A stretch of DNA of 64,000 nt from an uncultured bacterium (GCA_938010045.1 CALLFZ010000003.1:105961-169960), one strand, 5' to 3'. Counted from the first letter of the stretch, positions 1 through 10,670 are shown. A program made the numbers and translations. The notes: a model not told the origin generated them from the sequence alone.

Positions 1-1482
1 CCTGCGGCGGGTCATGGGCCGCTGTCGGCGGCAAGCGAGGGGGCGGCCGCGGTATTCGATGAACAGGGACGACTGTGGGTCTCATGGCTGGTGCCCATGT
101 CGGGCAACCATCCGAGGGGCTGGAATGTGCGGCTTGCGTGTTTCAGCGGGGATCGTTGGTCGGAAATGGTCAACATCTCGTCCTTCAAGAGCATGGACCG
201 GCGTCCCGGTGTGTCGGTGGTCCCAGGCCTGGTGTGGGTGGCGCATCAGTACGATGACATGCCCCCGCAGTGGTCGAACGAAGTGGCGGCAGAGGTCTCG
301 CACAGCGACATCCGGTTGGTCGCCGTTCCCGCCGATGCGCCGGCCCCCGCGCCCACCCAGTGGCGGCCGCTGATCGAGTCGGCCGATCCGTTTCCGCCGG
401 CGGAGCTGCGCGAATCGCGGGGTGAGGAGATGCGGGGCTGGACGGTGGAGCACCGCGGGCGGAGCTGGAAGCTGTTCTTTGGGGACCTGCACGAGCACAC
501 GGACGTTTCGCCCTGCGGGCGCACGCGCGACCAGAGCGTGGACGAAAGCTACCAGCATATGCGGGATCTGGCGGTGCACGAGTTCGCGTGCGTGACCGAT
601 CACGGCTACGGCATCAACTCCTATCTCTGGCGGTACCTCGCGAAGCTTGCGCGCGTGAATGAGGATGCGGGGCGGTTTCTCACGTTTCTCGGGCAGGAGT
701 GGACCTCGAGCTTCGAGCAGTACAGCGCGACGCATCCGTACGGCTACTACGGTCACCGCAACCTCATCTTGGCTGATGCGCGGTTTCCGCGCTGGTGGAA
801 CGCGAAAAATGGCCAGACCCCGGCGCAGCTTTGGGAAGATCTACGGCGACTCCGCGCGGACTTTGTGACGATCCCGCACCAGCTCGCCGACACCGGCAAT
901 GTGCCGACCGACTGGTCGTTCGTGGATGAGACCGCACAGCCCGTCGCGGAGATCTTCCAGACGCGTGGATCCTACGAGCACCACGGCGCCCCGCGGCAGG
1001 CCCGGAGCACGACGCCGCCGGGCTGGTTTCTGCAAGACGCGTGGGCGCGGGGGATCGTGATCGGCGTGATTGCCAGCCCCGATCACGGCGGCGGCTACGG
1101 CAAGGCCTGCGTGTATGCGCCGGATCTGACGCGCGACGCGATTCTCGAGGCGCTGCGCGCGCGGCGCTGTTACGGCACCACCGGCGCGAAGATCCTGCTG
1201 GACGTGCGCGTCGCGGGGCGCTTCATGGGCGAGGCCGTGCGCGACTCGCCACCCAACCCAACGCCGATCGAGGTGCGCGTCGAGGCGCCGGCCGAGATCG
1301 CGCGCGTGGACATCTGCCGGAACAACGTGTTCGTTTACTCACGTGAGGTCGGCGCGCGCCGCTGCGAGTTCACGTTCGCGGACCGTGATCCGCCGGCCGG
1401 CCCGGTCTGGTACTATGTGCGTGTGCAGCAGGCGGACGGCGAACTGGCTTGGAGTAGTCCGGTGTGGTGGCGGGCAAAATGA
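1..1482 (+). CDS. PHP-like / DUF3604-type metallohydrolase (5' partial; frame is open from base 1)
   Basis: Motifs FFGDLHEHT, TDH, GQEWT, GHRN, IPHQ, EIFQxRGSYE, GVIASPDH; C-terminal YYVRVQQADGELAWSSPVW; no stop in frame 1 upstream of 91. Confidence 0.75.
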   Translation, partial: PAAGHGPLSAASEGAAAVFDEQGRLWVSWLVPMSGNHPRGWNVRLACFSGDRWSEMVNISSFKSMDRRPGVSVVPGLVWVAHQYDDMPPQWSNEVAAEVSHSDIRLVAVPADAPAPAPTQWRPLIESADPFPPAELRESRGEEMRGWTVEHRGRSWKLFFGDLHEHTDVSPCGRTRDQSVDESYQHMRDLAVHEFACVTDHGYGINSYLWRYLAKLARVNEDAGRFLTFLGQEWTSSFEQYSATHPYGYYGHRNLILADARFPRWWNAKNGQTPAQLWEDLRRLRADFVTIPHQLADTGNVPTDWSFVDETAQPVAEIFQTRGSYEHHGAPRQARSTTPPGWFLQDAWARGIVIGVIASPDHGGGYGKACVYAPDLTRDAILEALRARRCYGTTGAKILLDVRVAGRFMGEAVRDSPPNPTPIEVRVEAPAEIARVDICRNNVFVYSREVGARRCEFTFADRDPPAGPVWYYVRVQQADGELAWSSPVWWRAK

Positions 1483-3347
1483 AGTGGGGCACGGTTGGGC
1501 GGCGGACGGAACTGGCCGCGGTGCTCGTGGCCGGAGCGATGGCGTGCGCCGGCGAGGCACCGACGCCGACGGGTCTCGTGGCCCGATTGCGGGCCGGCCA
1601 TCCGCGCCTCTGGATGACGGAGGAACGACTGGCCGAGCTGCGCCAGCAAGCGCAGGCGGACCCGACATTGGCCGCATGGGTCACCCAGGTGCTGGCCTCG
1701 GCCCGCTCACTGCAGGGGGCGCGCCCGCCCGACTACCACCTGAGCAGCTCGCGCGGCATCCTGCTCGAGATCAGTCGCCGTCATCACAACTCGATCGCCA
1801 CGCTCGCGCTGGCCTGGCGCTGGACCCGCGATCGCTCCTTCGCGGAGGCCGCACGCCGGTGGGTGCTCAACGCCTGCGCGTATCCTGACTGGCATCCTGA
1901 CCATTTTCTCGATACGGCGGAGATGACGTGCGCCGTGGGGCTCGGCTACGACTGGCTCTATGAATCGCTCGATGCGGCGACACGCCGCCGTATCGAGGAG
2001 AGCCTCATCCGCCATGGTCTAGAGCCCGGACGTCTCGCCTATGCGGGCCAGGCGAGGTTGGGCTGGTGGACGCGCGTGAACCACAACTGGAACCTGGTGT
2101 GCAACGGTGGCCTGTTGGTCGGCGCGCTCGCGATCGGCGATGCGCATCCGGAATGGCTCGACACGATCGTCGGGAACGCGGTCACCTCGATGCCACGGGC
2201 GCTGGCGAGCTACGCGCCCGACGGCGGATGGGGCGAGGGGCCCAGCTACTGGGATTACGCGACAACGTACGCAGCCTACGGGCTCGATGCGCTGCGCACC
2301 GCGCTCGGAACAGACTTCGGACTGGCGGATGCGCCCGGACTGTCCAAGGCCGCCGTGGTTCCCCTGGAGTGGGCGGGCCCCACCGGTCTCTATTTCAACT
2401 TTGCGGATGCCTCGGAGAAGGCGGTGCGGCGTCCGACTGGCTGCGTGATGTGGCTGGCGCGGACGTTCCACGACGCGGCCGCCGCGGCCGATGAACATGC
2501 GCTCATCGCGGCCGGCGGCCGGCCGGGTCCGTGGCATGTGGTGTGGTATGTGCCCAGGCCTCCGGCCCGCGCTGCCGAACGGCCGCTGGATGTTCACGTG
2601 CGCGGCGAGGTGCCGGTGATCATCCTGACAAGCCGGCGGGGAGATTCGAATGCGATCTGGGTGGCCGTCAAAGCAGGTCACAACCGCGTCAACCATGGCC
2701 ACCTGGACCTGGGCTCGTTCGTGCTCGACGCGCTCGGCCATCGGTGGGTGAGGGATCTCGGCAAAGACTCCTACAGCCTCCCCGGCTACTTTGGCCGGCA
2801 GCGGTGGCAGTATCTTCGCACGTCCACGGAGAGCCATGCCCTGCCGCTGATCGGCGGCCGCGGCCAGTCGCCCAAGGGCACCTCCTGGGTCGAGCGCTGC
2901 ACGGGCGGGCCGACCGGCGCGGTGGCGATCGTGGATCTCAGCCGCGCCTACGATCCGCCGGTGCGACGGTTTCAGCGCGCCGTGGGTCTGACAAGGGGAC
3001 GCGGCGCCGTGGTCGTGCGAGATGACATCGCCCTGGATTCCGCGCAGGACGTGCGGTGGGGGTGGGTGACCGATGCGGCCGTCGCGCCGGCCGGCGCCGG
3101 CCGGCTTCGGTTGCGACACGGCGATGCGTCGCTGGAGGTTCGGGCCGTCTCGCCGGAGACGGCCGAATGGCGCGTGGTCAGTGTCGAGCGCTCCCCACCG
3201 GAGGCAGCCAACCGCGGCCTTCGGAGGGTCGAACTTGTGAGCCCGTCCGCCACCTCCCACCAGATCGAAGTGCAGTTCGTGCCCCTTGCCTCGGACGGCG
3301 CGGCGGGACATGCGGCGCCCATGCCGCCGTCGGCGGCCCACCCCTGA
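1479..3347 (+). CDS. Secreted heparinase II/III-family polysaccharide lyase-like protein
   Basis: Signal-like N-terminus; HPRL, HFLDTAEM, HNWNLVCNGG, EGPSYW, HGHLDLGSFVLDALG motifs; ATGA overlap with the upstream gene. Confidence 0.8.
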   Translation: MKWGTVGRRTELAAVLVAGAMACAGEAPTPTGLVARLRAGHPRLWMTEERLAELRQQAQADPTLAAWVTQVLASARSLQGARPPDYHLSSSRGILLEISRRHHNSIATLALAWRWTRDRSFAEAARRWVLNACAYPDWHPDHFLDTAEMTCAVGLGYDWLYESLDAATRRRIEESLIRHGLEPGRLAYAGQARLGWWTRVNHNWNLVCNGGLLVGALAIGDAHPEWLDTIVGNAVTSMPRALASYAPDGGWGEGPSYWDYATTYAAYGLDALRTALGTDFGLADAPGLSKAAVVPLEWAGPTGLYFNFADASEKAVRRPTGCVMWLARTFHDAAAAADEHALIAAGGRPGPWHVVWYVPRPPARAAERPLDVHVRGEVPVIILTSRRGDSNAIWVAVKAGHNRVNHGHLDLGSFVLDALGHRWVRDLGKDSYSLPGYFGRQRWQYLRTSTESHALPLIGGRGQSPKGTSWVERCTGGPTGAVAIVDLSRAYDPPVRRFQRAVGLTRGRGAVVVRDDIALDSAQDVRWGWVTDAAVAPAGAGRLRLRHGDASLEVRAVSPETAEWRVVSVERSPPEAANRGLRRVELVSPSATSHQIEVQFVPLASDGAAGHAAPMPPSAAHP

Positions 3348-3505
3348 AGTGTGCGTGCCCGCGGTGCGGGGAAACGGCAAACCGCGGCACCGCGTCCCGG
3401 CGCGGGGGTCCCGTGTGTCCCTGCGTGTTCTGAAGAAGAGCCGGGAGCGGTTCCGCCGCCCGCGACGGGCTGGCTCTGGCGCCCAAAACAAGGTAGAGAA
3501 TACGC

Positions 3506-4597
3506 ATGTTTGATGCTCAGGAACTGCTCGCCGAAATGGTTCGACTGGGCGCGTCGGATCTGGTGTTGACCGTTGGCACCCCGCCGCAAATGCGAGTTCA
3601 TGGTCTGTTGACACCATGGGGCGACCGGCCGCTGACAAGGGACGATACCCGCCAACTGGCCCAGTCGTTTATGCAGGATCGGCACTGGGTGACGTTCGAC
3701 GAGCGCGGCAGCGCCGACCTGGCCGCCGCGCTCGGCGACACCGCGCGGTTTCGGGTTCACGTGTTCAAACAGCAAGGCGCTGTCGCGCTCGCGATCCGTC
3801 AGATTGCGACCGAGATTCCGCCGTTTGAGACCCTCGGTCTGCCGCCCTCCGTGCGAGATTTTGCAATGGCGCCGTTCGGCTTGGTGTTGATCACCGGGCC
3901 GGCGGGCAGCGGAAAGTCCACGACGCTGGCGGCGCTGATCGACCACATCAACACCCACCGCCAGGGCCATGTGATCTGCCTCGAGGATCCGATCGAGTAT
4001 GTTCACCGTCACCGCCGCTGCACGATTGAGCAGATCGAGATCGGGGAGGATGCGCCCTCGTTCGCCGAGGCGCTCCGAAACGTGTTCCGTCAGACCCCGG
4101 ACGTCATCATGGTCGGCGAGATGCGCGACCGCGAGACGATCGCGCTGGCGTTGACGCTGGCGGAGACCGGCCATCTGATCCTTGCGACGCTCCACACCCA
4201 GGACACCGCGAACGCGATCAACCGGGTCGTGGACACGTTCCCGGCCGATCAGCAGGAACAGATCCTGATGCAGCTTTCGATGACGCTGGTGGGCATCTGC
4301 TCTCAGCAGCTGTTGATCACGACCGATCGCCGTCGGCGCGTGCTGGCCTGCGAGGTGTTGAAGGCGAACAGCGCGATCCGCAACCTGATCCGAGAAGGGG
4401 CGATTCAGCAGATCTATTCGGTCTTGCAAATTGGCCGGAGCGAAGGCATGCAAACGATGGAGGACTCGCTGTGGCAACTCCACGCGCTCGGTCTGATCAC
4501 CGAGGAGCAGGCGCTGAGCCGGTCGGGGCGGCCGAAGGAAATGCTGCGCATGCTCCAGACGAAGGGCCGCCCGAGCGGGCGAGGGGCGGAGCGATGA
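3506..4597 (+). CDS. pilT: Type IV pilus retraction ATPase
   Basis: Walker A GPAGSGKSTT, EDPIEY, VGEMRD, TGHLILATLHT and the PilT-typical AIRNLIRE motif. Confidence 0.9.
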   Translation: MFDAQELLAEMVRLGASDLVLTVGTPPQMRVHGLLTPWGDRPLTRDDTRQLAQSFMQDRHWVTFDERGSADLAAALGDTARFRVHVFKQQGAVALAIRQIATEIPPFETLGLPPSVRDFAMAPFGLVLITGPAGSGKSTTLAALIDHINTHRQGHVICLEDPIEYVHRHRRCTIEQIEIGEDAPSFAEALRNVFRQTPDVIMVGEMRDRETIALALTLAETGHLILATLHTQDTANAINRVVDTFPADQQEQILMQLSMTLVGICSQQLLITTDRRRRVLACEVLKANSAIRNLIREGAIQQIYSVLQIGRSEGMQTMEDSLWQLHALGLITEEQALSRSGRPKEMLRMLQTKGRPSGRGAER

Positions 4598-6072
4598 ATG
4601 CCTTCGAGCCAGTTGGCCGTGCCACCGCGGCGCTGCTGCTGATCGGCGCGGTGTTCGTGCGCGCTGAAACGGCGCCCACGGGTGCGCCGCCCGTCATGGT
4701 CGTGGCGGCTCAACCCCCGGCCGACCTTGTCACGATCAACATCCAGGATGCGGACATTCAGCTGGTGCTCGAGGCGTTCCGGCGCCAAACGGGCCGGAAC
4801 ATCGTGATCGGACCCGACGTGCGCGGCCCGGTCAATGTGCGGGTGGACAACCTCGCGTGGGATCGCGCGCTGGACGTCATCCTCCGTCCCTACGGTTTCA
4901 CCTACGAGCTGGCCGACGACGTCATCATCGTCACGAAGGCCGACCCCACCAAGGCGGCCACCGCGGTGTCGCCGGAACCGGTGCTGGTCCGGGTCTTTCA
5001 ACTGAAATATCTTGACGCGTCCGATCTGGAGGAAGTGATCCGGCCGCACCTGAGCTCCGGCGGGTCGCTGGTGGTGTTGCGGGCGCTCGGCCAGTATTGG
5101 GAACCGGAGACCGCCTCGGTCGGTATGTCGGGCGGCCGTTCGGGTGCCGACACCGCGCTCGCGCGCGGCCGCCGCACCGTGGAGTCGAAAACGGTCGTGC
5201 GCAGCAAGCGGTTCGTCGTCCGCGACACGGCGGCGGTGCTGAAGGTGATCGAACAGATCGTCGAACAGCTCGACGTGCCGACCCCGCAGGTGCTGATCGA
5301 AGCTCGGTTCGTCGAGGTCAGCTCGGACGCCGCGCGCGACCTGGGCATCCAGTTCGGCGTGGACCGAGTCTTTTTGAACGCCGGCCACCTCCAGCGCGTG
5401 CGCGGCGAGTCGCTCACTCTCGACGCTAAGCCGCGGGTCTTGCCGACCGACGCGCCCTTCGCGGCCGCGCGTCCGTTCACAACCGGCGGACAGCTCTTCT
5501 TCCAGCAGCTCACCGACGTCCAGTACTCGATCCTGCTGCACGCGCTGGAGGACGTGATGGGCGCGAACGTCCTCTCCTCGCCGCGGATCGTGACGCTGAA
5601 CAATCAGGAAGCACGGATTCTCGTCGGCGAGAAATTTCCGATTCTGACCTACCAGAACACGCCGGTCGGCGGCGGCAGCGTGCAGACGCAGGTAACGCTC
5701 GAGTACTACGAAAAGATCGGGATCCAGTTGGCGGTGGTGCCCCAGATTTGCGAGGGCGGACGGATCAGTATGATCGTACGGCCGTCGGTCTCGGACCGGA
5801 TTTCGCTCGTGGAGACCTATCCGGTGCTTTCCACGCGCGAGGCGGAGACTCAAATTCTGCTGCGCAGCGGCGAGACGATCGTGATCGGCGGGCTGGTCCG
5901 CGAGCGCGAGCGGTCCGAGACGTTCCGCGTGCCGCTGCTCGGTGAAATCCCGCTCGTCGGCGCGCTGTTCCGGCGCGAGACGAAGGTGAAGGACAAGGTG
6001 GATCTGTTGATCTTTCTGACCGCCACCATTCTCGGGGAGGGGGTTCCGGCGGAGGCGGCGCCCGCGCCGTAA
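4594..6072 (+). CDS. Secretin (PilQ/GspD family)
   Basis: Signal peptide; LDVPTPQVLIEARFVEV, SSPRIVTLNNQEARILVG, GETIVIGGL, VPLLGEIPLVGALFR; ATGA overlap with pilT. Confidence 0.9.
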   Translation: MNAFEPVGRATAALLLIGAVFVRAETAPTGAPPVMVVAAQPPADLVTINIQDADIQLVLEAFRRQTGRNIVIGPDVRGPVNVRVDNLAWDRALDVILRPYGFTYELADDVIIVTKADPTKAATAVSPEPVLVRVFQLKYLDASDLEEVIRPHLSSGGSLVVLRALGQYWEPETASVGMSGGRSGADTALARGRRTVESKTVVRSKRFVVRDTAAVLKVIEQIVEQLDVPTPQVLIEARFVEVSSDAARDLGIQFGVDRVFLNAGHLQRVRGESLTLDAKPRVLPTDAPFAAARPFTTGGQLFFQQLTDVQYSILLHALEDVMGANVLSSPRIVTLNNQEARILVGEKFPILTYQNTPVGGGSVQTQVTLEYYEKIGIQLAVVPQICEGGRISMIVRPSVSDRISLVETYPVLSTREAETQILLRSGETIVIGGLVRERERSETFRVPLLGEIPLVGALFRRETKVKDKVDLLIFLTATILGEGVPAEAAPAP

Positions 6073-6079
6073 ACGGGCG

Positions 6080-7846
6080 ATGGCCGGCGAGGACGCCATC
6101 GGGCCAGTATCCGGCGCGCGCGTGCCGGCGGCCGCGCGACGTCTTTGCGATCTCCTTCACGCTCGCGGACGGCTGACACCTGAGCAGGTTGAGCGCGTCT
6201 TCGACATCATCGCGCAGAGTGGGCGGCCCGCCGGCGATGTGATCGTGGACCTCGGGTACGCCGACGAAGACGCCGTGGCCCGTGCGCTCGCGGACATCTA
6301 CGGCTTGCCGTTCTATGAGCTCGGACCGGACTTTAAGCTGCAGCCGGAGGATATCGCGCTCGTTCCGGAACGGGTGGCGCGTCGCCACCTCGTCTGCGCG
6401 GTCCGGAAGCCGGGCGAGTCGTTCCTCACGCTCGTGATGAAGGACCCGCTGGACCTCGCCGCCGTCGACGCGGTGCGGTCGCTCACCTCGATGGAAATCC
6501 GCCGCGCGGTGAGCACCGCGGAGCGCATCCGGCGCGTGATTGACCGTGAGTACCGGCCCGACGCCCACATTGAGCGAAACCTACAGGACATCGTTCAGAC
6601 CGAACAGATCGAGAGCGGGCCGGCCGAGCCGGCGGAGGCCGTCCTCGATGCCGACCAGCTCCGGATCCTCGCCAATGACGCGCCGGTTGTGAAGTTCGTG
6701 AACCTGCTGCTCATGCAGGCCGTGCGCGACCGTGCCAGCGACATTCATCTCGAGCCCCAGGAAACCGACGTCCGAATCCGCTTTCGCGTGGACGGCGTCC
6801 TGCGTGAGGTCACGCCGCCGCCGCGCCGGCTCTACCCCGCGATCGTCACGCGCATCAAAATCCTTGCGGAGATGGACATTTCCGAGCGCCGGATCCCGCT
6901 CGACGGCCGGCTCAAGTTCCGGCTCCAGGGCCGCGAGATCGACGTGCGCGTCTCCTCGCTGCCGCTGGTGTTCGGCGAGAAGATCGTGATGCGAATCCTC
7001 GACCGCGCCTCGCTCGTGGTGGACCTCGACAAGATCGGCTTCGATCCGCCGGAGATGCTGCATCGCTTCAAGAAGATCCTCGAGTCTCCCAACGGCATTA
7101 TCCTGCTGACCGGGCCGACCGGCAGCGGCAAAACGACCACCCTCTACAGCGCCCTGAGCTACCTGAACAGCCCAGAGGTGAACATCCAGACGGTGGAGGA
7201 CCCCGTCGAATACGTGTTGAAAGGCATCAATCAAACGCATGTGCACGCGAAGGTCGGCATGACCTTCGCGAACGCGCTGCGGGCGATCCTGCGCCAGGAT
7301 CCCGATATCTGCCTGATCGGCGAGATCCGCGACGAGGAGACCGCGCGGATCGCGATGCAGGCCTCGCTGACCGGCCACCTCGTGCTCAGCACCCTGCACA
7401 CGAACGACGCGCCGACCGCGTTTAGCCGCTTGCGCGACATCGGTATCGAGCCGTACCTCATCGCGGCGACGTTGCGGCTTGTGATCGCGCAGCGCCTGAT
7501 CCGGCTGATCTGCCCCCGCTGCAAACGCGAAACGACCCCGACCGACGAGCAGCTCGCGGCGCTCGAGGTCGTCTGCCCGGAGTCGCGCCGCTGGACCTTT
7601 TACCGCGGCGAAGGGTGCGACGCGTGCGGCCGCACCGGATACCGCGGTCGCCAAGCCGTCTTCGAGTTTTTGGAAGTGACCACCCCGATCCGCGAGCTGA
7701 TCGTGCGCCGGGCCAGCGACGTCGAAATGCGGGAGACCGCGGTCCGGCTCGGCATGGAGACGCTCGTGCGCAACAGTCTGCGCAAATTGGAGCACGGCCT
7801 CACGACGATCGAGGAGGCCATGGCGATCTGGCCGACCGAGGGCTGA
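6080..7846 (+). CDS. pilB: GspE/PilB assembly ATPase
   Basis: ASDIHLEP, RFRVDGVL, GPTGSGKTTT, EDPVEY, LRQDPD, CPRC/CDAC zinc motif. Confidence 0.9.
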   Translation: MAGEDAIGPVSGARVPAAARRLCDLLHARGRLTPEQVERVFDIIAQSGRPAGDVIVDLGYADEDAVARALADIYGLPFYELGPDFKLQPEDIALVPERVARRHLVCAVRKPGESFLTLVMKDPLDLAAVDAVRSLTSMEIRRAVSTAERIRRVIDREYRPDAHIERNLQDIVQTEQIESGPAEPAEAVLDADQLRILANDAPVVKFVNLLLMQAVRDRASDIHLEPQETDVRIRFRVDGVLREVTPPPRRLYPAIVTRIKILAEMDISERRIPLDGRLKFRLQGREIDVRVSSLPLVFGEKIVMRILDRASLVVDLDKIGFDPPEMLHRFKKILESPNGIILLTGPTGSGKTTTLYSALSYLNSPEVNIQTVEDPVEYVLKGINQTHVHAKVGMTFANALRAILRQDPDICLIGEIRDEETARIAMQASLTGHLVLSTLHTNDAPTAFSRLRDIGIEPYLIAATLRLVIAQRLIRLICPRCKRETTPTDEQLAALEVVCPESRRWTFYRGEGCDACGRTGYRGRQAVFEFLEVTTPIRELIVRRASDVEMRETAVRLGMETLVRNSLRKLEHGLTTIEEAMAIWPTEG

Positions 7847-7847
7847 C

Positions 7848-9104
7848 ATGGCGGGCAGAACGACGTTTCAGTACGTGGCACGAAATTCGGCCGGGCTTGT
7901 GGTCCGGTCCACCATCGAGGCGGTCGATCGCGCCGACGCGCTCGCGAGGCTGCGCGCCCAGGGCTATGTGGTGGTGGAGCTGGTGGCCAAGGGCGAGTCC
8001 GCGCCGGCGGCGGGCTCGGGCGCGCCGGCGGCCGCCGCGCCGAAGCGCCGATGGATCGTGACCGGTAAACCAATCACGATCTCCGACAAAGCCGTTTTCT
8101 GCCGCCAGCTCTCGATCACCGTTAACGCCGGCATGCCCCTGCGTGACGCGTTGGAGTCCATCGCTAACGATATGGACCATCCGACGTTCCGGAAGGTGCT
8201 GCAGGACATCGTGCGGCGCCTGCACGAAGGGGAGACGTTCTCTCAGGCCGTCGCACGTCACCCGGATCACTTCAATACCCTGTTCGTCGCGTTGATCCGC
8301 GCCGCCGAAGAATCGGGCAGCCTACCCGAGACGCTCGAACAACTCGCCAACTACATGGAACGTAATGAGAAGCTGGTGAAAAAGATCCGGTCGGTCACTT
8401 CGTATCCGCTCTTCATTTTCATCTTCTTCCTCATCGTCGTGGTCGTCATGACGACCTTTGTGCTGCCGCGCTTCATGGAGAGCTTCAAGGGGTTCAACGT
8501 GGAGCTGCCCAAGCTGACGAGGGTCGTGTTCGGCGCCAACCGGTTTTTGATTGATCACTGGCCATGGTTCGTCGGCGCGGCGCTGCTGCCGTTGCTCGTC
8601 GTCGCCGTGATGCGGCGATCGCCAGCGGGACGCCGGCGGCTCGATGCGTTCTTGCTGAAGCTGCCGCTCTTCGGCATCTGCATCCGCGAGTATGCGCTCG
8701 CACGGTTTTGCCGGAACCTCTCCATCATGCTGCGCGGCGGAGTGGGGGTGACGACCGCGATGGACATCACGTCGGCCGTGAGTGGCAACACGGTGATCGT
8801 CGAGTCGTTACAGCACGCGAAGGAACGCATCGTGAACGGCGAGCGCATCGCAGCCAGTTTGGCGCGCGATCCGGAGATTCCCCGCCTGGTGATCCGGATG
8901 GTCGGCGTCGGCGAGGAGTCCGGCCGACTGCCCGAGGTGCTCGAGAAGATCGCCGGCATGTACGAGGAATACGTCGAGAACCGGATCGTGACCGCGACGT
9001 CGCTCTTCGAGCCGATCGTGATTTGTCTGTTCGGCGGCGTTGTGCTCGTGCTCGTGATGGCGATCTATCTGCCGATCTTCACGGTCTCGCAGTCGGTTCG
9101 TTGA
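7848..9104 (+). CDS. pilC: Type II secretion F family / PilC platform protein
   Basis: FQYVARN start, FCRQL, AAEESGSL, VGEESGRL, EPIVI...MAIYLPIF. Confidence 0.9.
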   Translation: MAGRTTFQYVARNSAGLVVRSTIEAVDRADALARLRAQGYVVVELVAKGESAPAAGSGAPAAAAPKRRWIVTGKPITISDKAVFCRQLSITVNAGMPLRDALESIANDMDHPTFRKVLQDIVRRLHEGETFSQAVARHPDHFNTLFVALIRAAEESGSLPETLEQLANYMERNEKLVKKIRSVTSYPLFIFIFFLIVVVVMTTFVLPRFMESFKGFNVELPKLTRVVFGANRFLIDHWPWFVGAALLPLLVVAVMRRSPAGRRRLDAFLLKLPLFGICIREYALARFCRNLSIMLRGGVGVTTAMDITSAVSGNTVIVESLQHAKERIVNGERIAASLARDPEIPRLVIRMVGVGEESGRLPEVLEKIAGMYEEYVENRIVTATSLFEPIVICLFGGVVLVLVMAIYLPIFTVSQSVR

Positions 9105-9121
9105 GCTCGGCCGCGGCCGCA

Positions 9122-10651
9122 CTACTGAGTGAGCGCGGCCATCAGCACGTTGATGCCGACCGCGAGGGAGGAGGATTCGTCCAGCGCCAGCGCGTAGGGA
9201 TTGGGCGAGAGCTCCCACCCGCCGGCCAGTCCCCACGGCGAATAGACGACGGCGAGGTGGCCTTCGATCGTGATGCTCTCCAGGCGCGGTTCCGCGCGCG
9301 ACCGGTTCAACCGCTGGGCGAGGGCGGGCGTCAGGCCAACGGTTTCGATCCGGTTGGGCAGCGTGAGCAGCGTCTCGCCCGTCGCCACGGGTTGCAGCGC
9401 GTGTTCAGGCAGCACGCGTCGGAGCTCGCGGCGGACGGCGCGGTCGAACGCGAGACGGCCGCAGCAGGCCTCGGCAAAGAGGAAGCCACCGCGCCGCAGA
9501 TACTCCCGCAATCCCTGGACCTCCGCCGGCGAAAGCTGGAAGTCCTCATGGCCCGTCATGTAAAGCAGGGGCGAATCGAACAGCGTCGCGTCCGACAGCC
9601 GCAGCTCGCGCACCGCGAACTTCACCGGGACGCCGGTGTTCTGATGAAACTGCTGCAGGAGAACCGACAGCCCCTTGTGACGCGTCTTCCATTCGCCGTC
9701 GTAGACGACCTGAGCGATCGAAATCTTGCCTGCCCCCGAAGGTTCGCGGTCCACCAACTGTAGCAAGTGCGCGAACTGCCGCGCCCAGGCGCGCTGGGCA
9801 GTGGCGTACGCCATGAGGTTCACGCCAAGCTTGCGCGCGGAGTCCACCGTGTAGGCGCGCAGGGTGTCGTCGGTGTTGCCGTCCCAGCCGATGCCGAGCC
9901 CCCAGCGCGATACGACCGCGACGACCCGACAGTTGATCGTCACGGCATCCAACCACGGCGTCGAGTCGCGATACCCCGCCGCGCGCACGCCCGACCGGTA
10001 GTCGACCCGGTCGAGATCGTGATAGGCGTGGAAAATCGGGTGGTCCGGGCCGAGCCGCTGCACCGGCGCCTCGGGAAAGATCTCGCGCAGCTCCGCGATC
10101 GCAGAGTCGTAGAACGGCTTCGAGCCGGCCGCCGCGTCGTAAATGATCATGCCGCCCGCCAGCAGATACTGGCGCAAACGTGCACGCTGGGCCGGCGTGT
10201 GCCGGATTCGGAAATGGCCCGACCGAAACAGAATCGGATTGCGTTCCGGATCCGGATCAATCTCGTCGAGCGATTTGACCTCGCTGGCGAGGTGGATGTC
10301 CATGCTCGCCTTCATGTCGCGCAGCAAGTTGTTGAGGTCGTCGGGACGGGTAGCCCAATCGAGCATGCCGTGCTCGGAGCGCAGCTTCGTGAACATCACC
10401 GGCGGATTCGGCGGATTCTTTTTCTCCGAACGCGCCTGCGGCACGACCGGTGGCGGCGGATAGGGGATGTAGGCTTCTCCGGACGACATTCGGGCGGGCG
10501 GCGGCGGGGGCGGCTGGCCAACCACCGGCGGTACGAAACCCGGCTCGTCCGAGCCGTCACCCGGAAAGAGCATCTGCGCCACACCGAGCGGCGCGGCGGC
10601 TCCCAACAGCACGCTCGCACACCGCAAGGTTGATCGTCGTCTGCGGCTCAT
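9122..10651 (-). CDS. Exported protein with two tandem DUF4159-like domains
   Basis: Internal duplication: PILFRSGH...LRQYLLAGGMIIYDAAAG and PLLYMTGH...LREYLRRGGFLFAEACCG; signal-like N-terminus and Pro-rich linker; start placed at ATG 10651. Confidence 0.75.
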   Translation of the reverse strand: MSRRRRSTLRCASVLLGAAAPLGVAQMLFPGDGSDEPGFVPPVVGQPPPPPPARMSSGEAYIPYPPPPVVPQARSEKKNPPNPPVMFTKLRSEHGMLDWATRPDDLNNLLRDMKASMDIHLASEVKSLDEIDPDPERNPILFRSGHFRIRHTPAQRARLRQYLLAGGMIIYDAAAGSKPFYDSAIAELREIFPEAPVQRLGPDHPIFHAYHDLDRVDYRSGVRAAGYRDSTPWLDAVTINCRVVAVVSRWGLGIGWDGNTDDTLRAYTVDSARKLGVNLMAYATAQRAWARQFAHLLQLVDREPSGAGKISIAQVVYDGEWKTRHKGLSVLLQQFHQNTGVPVKFAVRELRLSDATLFDSPLLYMTGHEDFQLSPAEVQGLREYLRRGGFLFAEACCGRLAFDRAVRRELRRVLPEHALQPVATGETLLTLPNRIETVGLTPALAQRLNRSRAEPRLESITIEGHLAVVYSPWGLAGGWELSPNPYALALDESSSLAVGINVLMAALTQ

Positions 10652-10670
10652 GGCACACCTCCGGACGGAT

